39,665 bases of DNA from the IMG/VR virus record IMGVR_UViG_3300045988_174472; one strand, given 5' to 3'. Origin of the DNA: a virus. Made by a program: the position numbers and the translations under genes. The notes under the pieces are model-generated. The model searched no databases, was not told the DNA's origin, and saw only the letters and a list, made by a program, of their open reading frames with translations. Each line of letters starts with the position of its first letter. Position 1 is the stretch's first letter. Shown here piece after piece: positions 23,168-33,900 of this stretch.

Positions 23168-23509
23168 ATGCATCAAATATTAGTTGATTTGCTTGAACAA
23201 TTTGGTATAGATATAGGTTGGGAAGAATTAGATAATACAGAATCATTAGATGAATATATAGTATTTAGTATTTATGATGATGAAGATTCTAATATAACAA
23301 CTGAGGGTAATTTAAGTGAAACTTATTATATAACTATAAATTATTGGTATAAGGATTTAGATAATATAAATAAGTATAGAAGAATTAAATCCTTACTAAA
23401 GGAAAATGGATTTATATATGATGGTGGTAAGGATTTAAAAGGAGAAGGAGTTCGTGGTAAAAGCATGGACTTTATATATGTAATGGATATATCAAGTATG
23501 AAAGAGTAG
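23168..23509 (+). CDS. Tail completion / neck protein
   Basis: Called from position. 113 aa. Confidence 0.4.
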   Translation: MHQILVDLLEQFGIDIGWEELDNTESLDEYIVFSIYDDEDSNITTEGNLSETYYITINYWYKDLDNINKYRRIKSLLKENGFIYDGGKDLKGEGVRGKSMDFIYVMDISSMKE

Positions 23510-23533
23510 TTTTGTAATCAAAACTACTCTTTT
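23504..23533 (+). terminator. Intrinsic terminator (leaky, before the major tail gene)
   Basis: Stem gagtagtttt / aaaactactc plus TTTT. Confidence 0.6.
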
Positions 23534-23571
23534 AATGTATAAATAAAAAAGTTATGAAAGAAGGTAATATT

Positions 23572-24294
23572 ATGTCAAAAACAAAAGCATGTGTAGGATT
23601 AAGTAACATACATTTTGCACCTTTTAACGGTGGTGAATTTGAAACTCCAGTTAGGATTTCTCATGCAAAGAAGATAGAAAATAAATTTAAATATGAAAAT
23701 ATTCAAGAATGGGCTGATAATATAGCAGTAATAAATGAATTCCTATATGGTGGTGGAGAAGGATCATTAACTACACTAGGATTAAGCAAAGAAGAAAGAG
23801 TGTTGTTATTTGGGAATAAAGCTGTTAAAGGTGGAGTTGCAGTAACAGATTCAGATGAAGCTCCTATAGGAGCATTTTTATTTGAGAGAAGATTAGTAGG
23901 TGGAGCTAAAAGATTCTATGTTGTATATGCTTGTAAGTGTTCTCCAACGGATATATCAGGAGAAACTATAGAAGAAGGTAAGGGAAATTATGAAACTAAT
24001 GATATAGAGTATTCTATAAGTTCATGTGAACATGAAGGAGTAAATTTAGTTTATTTCTATATAGATACAAATGATTCAACAGTAGATCAACAACAAGTTA
24101 CAAACTGGTTTAAAGAAGTACAGTTTCCTCAAGAAATTACAGACACAGAATCACTTAAAGCTACAGAAACTAATATAGATGATGGAACAGGAAGAATTAA
24201 AGTTACAAAATCTAAAAAGCAACCAGAGAAGAATATAGAAAAAGATATAGAAACTACAAAATTAGATTCTAAGGAAGTTTCAGAGGCAAAGTAA
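23572..24294 (+). CDS. Major tail protein (phi13-like)
   Basis: N-terminus MSKTKACVGLSNIHFAP. Called from position, with a C-terminal acidic/Lys-rich extension. Confidence 0.7.
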   Translation: MSKTKACVGLSNIHFAPFNGGEFETPVRISHAKKIENKFKYENIQEWADNIAVINEFLYGGGEGSLTTLGLSKEERVLLFGNKAVKGGVAVTDSDEAPIGAFLFERRLVGGAKRFYVVYACKCSPTDISGETIEEGKGNYETNDIEYSISSCEHEGVNLVYFYIDTNDSTVDQQQVTNWFKEVQFPQEITDTESLKATETNIDDGTGRIKVTKSKKQPEKNIEKDIETTKLDSKEVSEAK

Positions 24295-24319
24295 TATAAA
24301 ATATCAAAGGAAAATAAAA

Positions 24320-24358
24320 AGACTGTATGAATAGCTTTAAATTCATGCAGTCTTTTTA
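24320..24358 (+). terminator. Intrinsic terminator after the major tail gene
   Basis: Stem gactgtatgaat / attcatgcagtc plus TTTTT. Confidence 0.65.
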
Positions 24359-24403
24359 TTTTAACTAATAGTATGCATTGCTAATAAAAAGTAGGTGATA
24401 AAA

Positions 24404-24925
24404 ATGTATACATCGACTTTAAATTTAGATGGACATGAATTTAAAGGAACAATGGATATATATTCATTGAAGAAGATACAAGAGGACCTTTTAAATGAAG
24501 GTGAACAAACAAGTATTACTAATATATTTATAAAAATTTCTGAGTTCAATATGCTTTATATTTCTTCATTTGTACTTAATACATTAGCAAGAATAGATAA
24601 ATCACAATCTAATAAATTCTTAGAAATTTACTTAAAAGATACAGATGATTTAGAAGCATTAAATAGATTTAATTCTATTTTTACATATATAAATGACGTA
24701 ATGATGAAATGTCTTCCTAAAACAAAAAGTAAAGAAGAATCAATCTTTGAAGATGATTATTATGATGATAAAGATTGGGAATTTGATTACATGGAATATA
24801 TATGGAACAGCATAATCGGTAGAAATGATAATTTTTGGAATATAACTCCGAAAAATTATTTTGAACAACTTAATATATATAAGAAATTTAACAATATAAA
24901 AGATGAAGAAGTTGAAGTATTTTAA
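24404..24925 (+). CDS. Tail assembly chaperone (gpG-like)
   Basis: Lies directly before the tape measure. Acidic C-terminus. No frameshift site could be confirmed. Confidence 0.5.
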   Translation: MYTSTLNLDGHEFKGTMDIYSLKKIQEDLLNEGEQTSITNIFIKISEFNMLYISSFVLNTLARIDKSQSNKFLEIYLKDTDDLEALNRFNSIFTYINDVMMKCLPKTKSKEESIFEDDYYDDKDWEFDYMEYIWNSIIGRNDNFWNITPKNYFEQLNIYKKFNNIKDEEVEVF

Positions 24926-24937
24926 GGTGGTGGTTAA

Positions 24938-27900
24938 ATGTCTAATAAAAAAGAAGAAGTAGGAGAATTAGCCATATCCCTTAGTTTTGAGTCTCAGAGT
25001 GCAGATAAACAAATTTCATCATTAAATAAACTTATAAATAGAACTGAAAAAGAGTTTAAATCTGCAGCTAAAGGCGTTAAAAACTTTGAAGATACATATC
25101 AAGGCTTAGATTCAAAAATACAAAAATTAACTAAACAACTTGATGCAAATAATAAAAAATTAGAAATACAAGAAAAAGAGCATAAATCAGTTGCTAAAGC
25201 CCTTGAAGCAAGTAAAAAGAAATTAGAAGAAATGGACGAAAGCATTGATAAAAACTCTAAAGAGTGGAAAGATCAAGCTGATCTAGTTCAGAAAAATGCT
25301 GATAAATTGGCGAAACTATCAAGTGATATAACAATAACTAAAGGTAATATATCAAAATTAACAACGGAGCTTAATGAATCTAAAACTAAGTTTGAACAAT
25401 TAGGAAATAAAACTGAAACACTAGATGAAAAATTAGAGAATATATCAAGAGAAGCAGAATTAACTCAATCAGAATTTAATAAATTAGGAACACAGTTAAA
25501 TCAAAATGGTACATACTTTCAAAAGTTAGGTAACGAAATAAATAAACTTTCATCTGAAATTAAATCAGGTACTAGTAAAATAAATGCATATGAAAATGAA
25601 ATTGATAAATTATCAAGTACTTTAAATAAACAAAAAGATGAATACTCTCAATTAGAATCTAAAATACAAACATACTCTCAACATCTTGATAGAGCATCAA
25701 ATATGTATGGAGAAAATAGTTCACAAGTTAATGAATACAGGCAGAAACTATTACAATTAAAAGATTCATTTAATACTCTTGAAAATGAAATAAATCAAAA
25801 TGAGAATGAATTAAAAGAATATAAAACTGCTCTTAATAATACTCAAGCAGAGGTAAAAGAACTATCTAATGAACTTTTAAAAATGCCCTTTGATAAAATT
25901 AGTAGTAGTTTAAATGGTGTTGGTAATGATTTAAAATCAATTGGTCAATCTATGACAACAGGAGTAACAGCACCGATTACATTAGCAGGTGCTGCAGCAA
26001 CTAAAGCTGGAACTGATTTTACAAGTGCAATGAGTAAACTTCAAGCAACATCTGGTATTGCAGATAAAACTGCTACATCCTATGTAAATCTTGAGAAAAA
26101 GGCTTTAGAAATGGGAAGCTCAACATCGTTTAGTGCTAGTGAAGCAGCAGATGGATTGACATATCTTGCATTAGCTAGTTGGGATGTAGAAACACAAATT
26201 GAAAGAATAGAACCCGTTCTTAGAGCTGCAGAAGCAGGTGGAATGGATTTAGCAAGATGTTCTGATTTAGTAACTGATAGTATGAGTAGTGCTTCGATTG
26301 CATCAGAAGACTTTGCTACTTATTTAGACATAGTCGCACAAGCTCAAAGAAAATCAAATACATCTATGGAACAAATGCTTGAAGCTTATACAATTGCAGG
26401 TGGAATGTTTAGTTCATTAAATATTCCTTTAGAAGAATCAGGTGCTTTATTAGGGATACTTGCAAATAGAGGCACTAAAGGTTCAGAAGCTGGAAATGCT
26501 CTTATATCTGTATTTTCAAATTTAATTACAGAAACTGGTCAAGCAGGAACAGCACTTGAGGCAATGGGTATTTCTTTATACGACTCAACTGGAAAACAAA
26601 GAAATATGGTTGAAGTATTAAAAGAAATGGCTAAAAAATTAGGTGTAACGGCTGATGGAACTTCTAATTTAACTGAACAACAGAAGCAGCAATATGCTGC
26701 AATGGTTGGTGGCAAAACGCAGTTTGATACATTAATGAAACTTCTGTCTGGTGTATCAAATGAATACGACGAGTTACATAGTCAATTAATTAATAGTAAC
26801 GGTGCTTTAGAAGAAATGGCAACTATTATGAAAGATAACCTTGGCGGTAAAATAGATAATATGAAATCTGCTATAGAGGGAGCATTAATTGAAGCATTTA
26901 AAGCTCTTGAGCCTACTTTAGAAAAAATAGTAGGATGGATAACAGAAACTGCAAACTGGTTTAGTAATTTAGATGAAGAAGCGCAAAAAAATATAGTAAC
27001 CATAGCTGGAGTGGCCGCTGCTACTGGTCCTTTACTTGCCGTACTAGGACAAATTTTAATTGTAGGTGGGAATGCAGTAAACTTATTTGGAGCCTTAAAG
27101 ACAGCTGGTTCCGGGAATATAAAAATGTTTGGATTATTAAAAAATGCAATTGGATTAGTTTCTGGACCAGCAGGTTTTGTTGCTTTAATTGGAATGTTAG
27201 TGGCTCTTATGGCTAAGTTAGGTGATAATGAAAATAAATTATCTGACTTACAAGAAAAATGGGGAACATTTGGGAAGGTTATCGGACAAATTTGTGAGCA
27301 TATGACTGGTACTGTACAATTATCTGTTGGTAATATAGGTATTTTACTATCTACACTAGGGAAAACTATATTAGCAATTTTAAAAGGTGACTTTAAATCT
27401 ATTGATGATATTTGGGCAGAAGGCTGGGCAAAAGTAGAAAATAATACGGCAATAGCAATGTCTAACATCAACTATGAAAGTTCAAATGGGATTGCATTAA
27501 TGCGAGAAATGACAGAAATTGAATTAAACAATTTAACGGGTACATTTGATGTAGCATTAAAAGAATTACCAAAACTTACAGCTGATAATGCTAGCGAAAT
27601 GGCAGATACATTTGTAACTAGAATGCAAGGTTTAGATGCAGATACATTAACTATCCTTCGAGGCACTTCAGACACTATGGCGGTATTATTTGAAGGTATA
27701 TATGAAAATATGAGTAAAGAAGATGCTCATAATAAATTTACTGCTAATCTTGAAAGTATGGCCAAAAGTGGAGAGTTTACATCAGATAAAATAAGTCAAG
27801 ACATTTCAGATGCAATGAATCTAATAGATAAAAATGTAATGGATGGATCTGAAAGAGTAAAACAATCTGCTCAAAATATGTTTGATAACTTAACTACTAT

Positions 27901-29095
27901 ATCTCAATTTGGTATGGATGCTACAGTTGAAAATGTAGTAAGTTCTGTAAATAATATGAGTGACGAAACTATAGCTCAATTAGCATCAATGGGTGGTCAT
28001 TGGGAGACATTATTCGGAGGAATAGCATTAACAGGAAAAGATGCTATAGGAGATATGGAAGGTCATATAAAAGGCAGACTTCAAGAATTATCTCAAACAA
28101 GTCCTCAATTTGTTGCAGAAATGGAAGCTCAAATGTCGGCTTATTTTGAACAAGCTAATACAAATGGTTCTACTAGTATAGATGAGTTAAGCAATAATGT
28201 TGAAGCTGATTCTAAACAAATTGAACAAAGTATGGACATTCATACTAAAGATGGTACTAATGCTCTTAATACTAATTTAGATAAAGGGGCTAAAGATGTA
28301 TCTAAATCTTTAAATGCTATAAAAAATACTACTAATACAGATATGGGTTCAGCTAACAATGCTATGCAACAAAATGCAACAACAATGTACAAAGGTGTAA
28401 GTACTTCATTCTATAAAATGGATCAAAAAGCAAAACAAAGCTCAACAGATATGATGAAGGGCGTTAATACATCTACGCATAAAATGGCAAATGAATCTAG
28501 ACAAGATGCAAGTCATATGCATAATGGGGTAAGAGATAGTGCTAGTGCAATGTCTTTAAAAGTACGTCAGAGTGCATCAGAAATGTATAAAGGAGTTACG
28601 ACTAGTACTCGTAAAATGGCTGATGCAGCAATTTCAGATTGGAATAGAGTTAGAAAAGCTTACTCTAAACCGATTACAGGAACTGTTACTAAGACAACAG
28701 TTAATAAAAGTATTTCTGCACAGTCTAAAGTTAGAAGTATTCCTACTAATAATGATATACCTACAATAGCTAGCTTAGAGCCAACATACCAATTAAGAAC
28801 ACCAGATATTAGTGATTTTGCTATATCAAGTAGATATTATAATTCAAGTTATTCTGAGAGAGGATCTATAACTAAAGCTAAACATAATGATTTAGATAAA
28901 ATTAATAATAAAAAAACTAATGAATTATTAAATAAACTTATACAACTTTTAGACGGTAAAAATGAAAAAACTCAACCAATACATATTCACCTAAATGTTG
29001 ATGGAAAACCATTAACAGAAGTTATATTTCCATATTTGCCTGATAAATTAAGACGTAATGAAATATTGAATAATCGTAGGAATGGAGATTTATAA
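24938..29095 (+). CDS. Tape measure protein
   Basis: 1385 aa with long coiled-coil N-terminal region, central hydrophobic Gly/Ala-rich segments and a repetitive C-terminus (M.KGV.TS..KM repeats). Confidence 0.9.
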   Translation: MSNKKEEVGELAISLSFESQSADKQISSLNKLINRTEKEFKSAAKGVKNFEDTYQGLDSKIQKLTKQLDANNKKLEIQEKEHKSVAKALEASKKKLEEMDESIDKNSKEWKDQADLVQKNADKLAKLSSDITITKGNISKLTTELNESKTKFEQLGNKTETLDEKLENISREAELTQSEFNKLGTQLNQNGTYFQKLGNEINKLSSEIKSGTSKINAYENEIDKLSSTLNKQKDEYSQLESKIQTYSQHLDRASNMYGENSSQVNEYRQKLLQLKDSFNTLENEINQNENELKEYKTALNNTQAEVKELSNELLKMPFDKISSSLNGVGNDLKSIGQSMTTGVTAPITLAGAAATKAGTDFTSAMSKLQATSGIADKTATSYVNLEKKALEMGSSTSFSASEAADGLTYLALASWDVETQIERIEPVLRAAEAGGMDLARCSDLVTDSMSSASIASEDFATYLDIVAQAQRKSNTSMEQMLEAYTIAGGMFSSLNIPLEESGALLGILANRGTKGSEAGNALISVFSNLITETGQAGTALEAMGISLYDSTGKQRNMVEVLKEMAKKLGVTADGTSNLTEQQKQQYAAMVGGKTQFDTLMKLLSGVSNEYDELHSQLINSNGALEEMATIMKDNLGGKIDNMKSAIEGALIEAFKALEPTLEKIVGWITETANWFSNLDEEAQKNIVTIAGVAAATGPLLAVLGQILIVGGNAVNLFGALKTAGSGNIKMFGLLKNAIGLVSGPAGFVALIGMLVALMAKLGDNENKLSDLQEKWGTFGKVIGQICEHMTGTVQLSVGNIGILLSTLGKTILAILKGDFKSIDDIWAEGWAKVENNTAIAMSNINYESSNGIALMREMTEIELNNLTGTFDVALKELPKLTADNASEMADTFVTRMQGLDADTLTILRGTSDTMAVLFEGIYENMSKEDAHNKFTANLESMAKSGEFTSDKISQDISDAMNLIDKNVMDGSERVKQSAQNMFDNLTTISQFGMDATVENVVSSVNNMSDETIAQLASMGGHWETLFGGIALTGKDAIGDMEGHIKGRLQELSQTSPQFVAEMEAQMSAYFEQANTNGSTSIDELSNNVEADSKQIEQSMDIHTKDGTNALNTNLDKGAKDVSKSLNAIKNTTNTDMGSANNAMQQNATTMYKGVSTSFYKMDQKAKQSSTDMMKGVNTSTHKMANESRQDASHMHNGVRDSASAMSLKVRQSASEMYKGVTTSTRKMADAAISDWNRVRKAYSKPITGTVTKTTVNKSISAQSKVRSIPTNNDIPTIASLEPTYQLRTPDISDFAISSRYYNSSYSERGSITKAKHNDLDKINNKKTNELLNKLIQLLDGKNEKTQPIHIHLNVDGKPLTEVIFPYLPDKLRRNEILNNRRNGDL

Positions 29096-29096
29096 A

Positions 29097-30923
29097 ATGG
29101 CATATAAAGCAAAATTTGGTGAAGTTGAATTAGATAATTATTTTAAAATATTAAAAGTTACAAGAGAAGTTATTCCTAGCAGAAATAACATGTCAAAAGT
29201 AATTTCAACTGTAAATGGTAGTAAGTATACGGGTTTTAGATATGGAGAACGCCTTATAACCTTAGAAATCCTTATGAAACCAAATAATAAAAGTTTCTCT
29301 GAAAGAATTATTGAGATTGCATCTATTTTAGACACAAAAGAACCTGTACCATTAGAGATTGATGATTTACCTGGAAAATATGTTTATGCAGTCGTAAATT
29401 CAATTCCGAATATTGATAGAATTAGAAGATATGGAAAAGGTACTATTGAATTTATTTGTTATGATCCATTTATATACTCAAAAGATTTCAAATGTTATAG
29501 ATGTAGTAAACAAATATCTACAATAATAAATAGTGGAACTAGAGAAACATATCCTATAATCAGTGTTGATTTTAAGAATCCTGCATGTATGGTACAAATA
29601 ACTGATTCATTAGGTCGTACAATACTCATAGGAAAAACAAAAGACGCTACTATACCAACACAAGCTATATCAGATATAGTTATTGATGACTATTGCAATA
29701 CAACAACGACATTTTCACCTGCAGGGGATGTGCTAGATGCTTCAAATAAATTAACTGATGGAACATTTGCATTAACACTAGATGGAGGATCAATTTATTG
29801 TAACAATTATGGAACTCAACAAGAGAAAAAATGGAACGGAGCATCTTTCAGAAGAAATATAGGTCAAAACTTAGAGCAGTTTGAGGTTGCTGCTAACTTC
29901 ACATTTAGTTCTAAGGGAAGAAATATGCAAATACCAAATGAAGGTGATAAAGCATTATGCATAAGCAAGAGTGGAGCACTTATAAAGTCTCATCCTAATA
30001 ATGAATATAATCAAAGTTGGACGATGCCATATTACGGCATATGTACAGTGCTAGAACAATTTAATAATGGGCATGCTAAAGTTAAATACGAAAATATAAC
30101 AGGATGGGTTGAAACTAAGTATATAAATAGAATTATACCTAATTCAAATACAAGAGCAGCAGATAGCTCTACAGATGTTGAGTTAGCAGAAAATCAAATG
30201 GGTTGTATTGAATGTTATGGATTTGATTCGCAAGGTAGAATACTATTTAAACTTCAAATGCTCGATGTAAATGAATTTTTTGAACATAATAAACCTTCGG
30301 TATGGATAGGTAATGGAATATACTTAGCGGATAATCAAGAAACTCCTACACCTTCACAGATAAGACCTAAAGATGATAACGGAAATTATCTACCTAATCA
30401 AAATATAGAAAGTGGAGCATATGGAAGATGGAATGATTATCAAGGCACATTTAGAATAAGAAGAAGAAAACTAGAGTCTGGTAAATATAGATGGTGGGCT
30501 TCTATTAATAGAACTGCAGATGGTATTAATGTATCACAAGAAATAAATATGGGTCCTGGAATTGTAAATGATAGTTTACCTACAGGGGAATTAAATCACT
30601 TGGTATTTTATATAGCAAGGTATTCGTCATATCCAGAAGTAACAGAAGCTCATTTAAATCATGTTAAAGTTAAAGATATATCTAAAGAAAATATAATAGA
30701 ATTATCACCAGAAGATTACAATAAAGAACTTTTCAATCCTGGAGATAGACTAGAAATTAATTGTGAAACTGGAGAAGTAAGACTAAATGGTGAGAATTCA
30801 TTAGAATATCTTGATATAGGTTCACTATTTTTCCCTTTAGAACCTGGTATAAATAAAATAGCTGTTATAACTGATGATAAAGAAGCTGATGTATTAATGG
30901 GATTTAAAGAGAGGTGGATATAG
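29097..30923 (+). CDS. Distal tail protein (Dit) with SH3-like insertion
   Basis: N-terminal Sipho_tail-like region. The internal segment ALCISKSGALIKSHPNNEYNQSWTMPYYGICTVLEQFNNGHAKVKYENITGWVETKYI resembles bacterial SH3. Confidence 0.65.
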   Translation: MAYKAKFGEVELDNYFKILKVTREVIPSRNNMSKVISTVNGSKYTGFRYGERLITLEILMKPNNKSFSERIIEIASILDTKEPVPLEIDDLPGKYVYAVVNSIPNIDRIRRYGKGTIEFICYDPFIYSKDFKCYRCSKQISTIINSGTRETYPIISVDFKNPACMVQITDSLGRTILIGKTKDATIPTQAISDIVIDDYCNTTTTFSPAGDVLDASNKLTDGTFALTLDGGSIYCNNYGTQQEKKWNGASFRRNIGQNLEQFEVAANFTFSSKGRNMQIPNEGDKALCISKSGALIKSHPNNEYNQSWTMPYYGICTVLEQFNNGHAKVKYENITGWVETKYINRIIPNSNTRAADSSTDVELAENQMGCIECYGFDSQGRILFKLQMLDVNEFFEHNKPSVWIGNGIYLADNQETPTPSQIRPKDDNGNYLPNQNIESGAYGRWNDYQGTFRIRRRKLESGKYRWWASINRTADGINVSQEINMGPGIVNDSLPTGELNHLVFYIARYSSYPEVTEAHLNHVKVKDISKENIIELSPEDYNKELFNPGDRLEINCETGEVRLNGENSLEYLDIGSLFFPLEPGINKIAVITDDKEADVLMGFKERWI

Positions 30924-33900
30924 ATGAATAATATGATCTTTGTATTAAACAAAGATTTCAAGACAATATTAACATTAAATTTAGGAATATCTGATTTATG
31001 TTATTTTGATGATGTATATAATGCTAGTCTTAGTACAGGGACTAGCACTTTTAAGTTTTCAACACTTTTAAATAATCAAACTGGAGAAGCAATTGTCGGT
31101 GGTAATTATATCGCATTTAGAGATGATAACAATAAAGTAAAAGTACTTCAAATTATGTCAGTAGAGCAAGTAAGTTCTTCTACACCATGCTTAAATGCTT
31201 ATTGTGAAAGTTTAGGTATGGAATTACTTAATCAGGTATTTAGAGCAAGAAAAATTCAACCTTGTAATATAAAGCAATTTTTATCCATTGCTTTATATGA
31301 AACTGATTGGAGTTTAGGATACATTGATGATAGATTAATCGATGTTGTCACTATTAGCGATATAGATAAAGATATAAATGTGTTCAAATTAATACAACAA
31401 GAAATAACTAAATTTAATTGTGATATAGATTTTTCAGTAGAGATAATAAACGGATACATAAAAAAATCCGTAAATGTATATAAGAAAAAAGGGAAATTAT
31501 ATAAAACTAGGCTTGAGGTTCAACGTAATACTGAAGAAATAGTTAGAACAGAAGATTTAACTAATCTTGCGACTGCTCTTATAGGAAGAGGAAATAATAA
31601 CTTAAAATTCAATGATGTTGAACTTGAGGGAATAGATAAACCTATTGGGCAAGACTTTGTATATGATATAGAAGCCTTTGAAAGATACAACATAAATGGC
31701 AATCATCTATTTAGAATTTTTGAGTATGATACTGATAACCCATATGAGTTATTAAGAAAAACACAAGAAGCTTTAGAAACATATTGTAAGCCTGAAATTA
31801 AATACGAAATAAAAGCTGATTTATTTTCAGGTTTATCAAATGAAGATTTTTATATGCTTGAAGAAGGAGATACTTTTTATATTACAGACTATAATTTTTC
31901 ACCACCTTTATTTTTAGAAGCGAGAGTAAGTGAGTTATATAAATCAAGAACTAATCCTTCTGATAATAAAGTTGTATTTTCAAACTTTAAAGAATTAAAA
32001 AGTAATATATCTAATGTTTACTCAAATTCTTTATATACTTGGATTATGTATGCTGATGATGAAAATGGAAATGGAATAAGTAATACATCTACGAATAAAA
32101 AATATATTGGTATTGCTTATAATAAGAAAAATCCTAATCAATCAGATAATTCAAAAGATTATGTTTGGTCATTAATAAAAGGTGAGGATGGAGCTACAGG
32201 ACCACAGGGACCTAAAGGTCCTCAAGGTCCTATCGGAGCAACGGGACCACAAGGTCCAGCTGGAGCTAATGGTCAAGATGCTAATCTTTTGGATTGGGTA
32301 AAAGAATGGGATGGAAGTAAGACTACAATAAAAAATACTACTATATTATCTCCTAAAATATTTGCAGGGAAAAAAGAATCTAATGGAACACCTACTGGTG
32401 TTGCAATGGGAGTTAATATTTTCGGTACAGGATCAAATTATTCTGGGCTTGCAGGATATAAATCTGGTATTAATACATTTTTACTCGGAACTGATGGAAG
32501 TTTTAGAGCAGGAATAGAAAGTGGGAGTCACATTAAATTCGATTCAGCTACTGGTAAATTTGCTATTAATGCAGACTCAATAATAATTGGTGGATCAAAT
32601 GTTGCTACTACTACAACTGTAAATAATGTCGTTTCTAATAAAATAGATAATGCTATTAATAATATGCATATAGGTACTAGAAATTATATTTTAAAATCTT
32701 CGGACCAATATAAAACATTGACTTTTAGTGGATGGCAAACAGATATAAGCTCTAGGACATTAGATAGTATGGGATTGAAAGCTGGAGATATAGTTACATT
32801 TAGGTTTTATGTTAAAACAGGAGCAAACGAAATACTTGCAATGCTTAAATTTGGAGCAGACAACGGCTCTTATACTGAAGTTAGTAGTATATCATCACTA
32901 AACTTAGCAGGAATTAATACAGTACTTGCTAATGCTGAAGGATATTTAACCGTAACTTGTGAAATACCTTCTGTAAGTGTTGCAACTGGCAATACAACTA
33001 CAAACCCTATAGGACAACCTATTACTAATGTAACATTTAGAATAAGACATAGAACAAATACTTTAACTAGTACAGTTCAATATAAAGAGGCAAAATTTGA
33101 GAAGGGTAATAAACCAAGTGATTGGACACCTGCGCCAGAGGATGTTGATTCAAGTATATCTGCAATAGAAGCAAAAATAACAGAAGATGCTATAACTAAT
33201 ACCGTTAAAAAGAATTTTTATACTAAATCAGAGACAGATTCACAAATAACCTCTAAAGGGTATCAAACATCCTCACAAGTTCAACAAATGGTAGATAAAT
33301 TTGAAGCTAAATTTGAAGAGTCTGGTGGTTATAATTTAATAATAAACTCTGCTTTAAAAAATGGTACAAAGCACTGGTTTGCTATGAGATGGGGAAATGA
33401 ACCTATTGGAACAAATGGTATACAAGTTAGAAAAGTTGGTGACCAATATACATTAACAAATAGAAACTCATTAAATGCATTTGTTACTGGATTAGTTAGT
33501 GATAATGCAAATAAACCTCTAAGAGCAGGATTTGATAGTTCAAAGTTTAAGGTTAGAGGAAATACAACATACACATTACATTGCTTAATGGCTTGTCATA
33601 GAGCAAAAAGTATTACTATAGAAATGCTTTGTTATGATTCATCTGGGAATAGACTTTCAGGTAATAATAGTGTTGATGTTAGTAATTTAAAAACTGGTGG
33701 TAGAGATAGAAACAATTGGACTGTAGTTAAACATATTTTTACTACTCAAGCGAATGCATCTGAATGTCATATAAGAGCATATATGAATGAATGGACTGGA
33801 CATGAAACTAGTGCGCATATGTGGATGGCAGAACCTATTATTGTTGAAGGTAATAAGGATGTTATTTGGACACCTTCTGCTGATGAAGTTTATGATGGTA

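Noticed and set aside
24404-24937. Programmed -1 frameshift (gpG/gpGT) in the tail chaperone gene
   Set aside because: It is expected from synteny, but I could not find a convincing heptameric slippery site with an open -1 frame by eye. I leave it unclaimed.
26782-27675. Antisense ORFs (229 aa and 67 aa) inside the tape measure gene
   Set aside because: They are shadow ORFs opposite a long, well-supported CDS, with no start signals. The same reasoning applies to 7026..7286, 9168..9359, 10543..10758, 11310..11687, 12076..12414, 14524..14709, 16999..17247, 17362..17598, 29138..29335, 30716..30961, 31256..31459, 31520..31702, 33329..33574, 36068..36373, 36683..36922, 37726..37932 and 38122..38328.
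28572-28769. Same-strand alternative-frame ORFs inside the tape measure (28572..28769) and the fibre gene (34789..35091)
   Set aside because: They have no RBS and are fully nested in long CDSs, with no slippery site that would link the frames.
32181-32279. Collagen-like repeat as a diversity-generating retroelement target or variable tandem repeat
   Set aside because: No reverse transcriptase and no template-repeat copy exist elsewhere in the element. It is an ordinary Gly-X-Y stalk.
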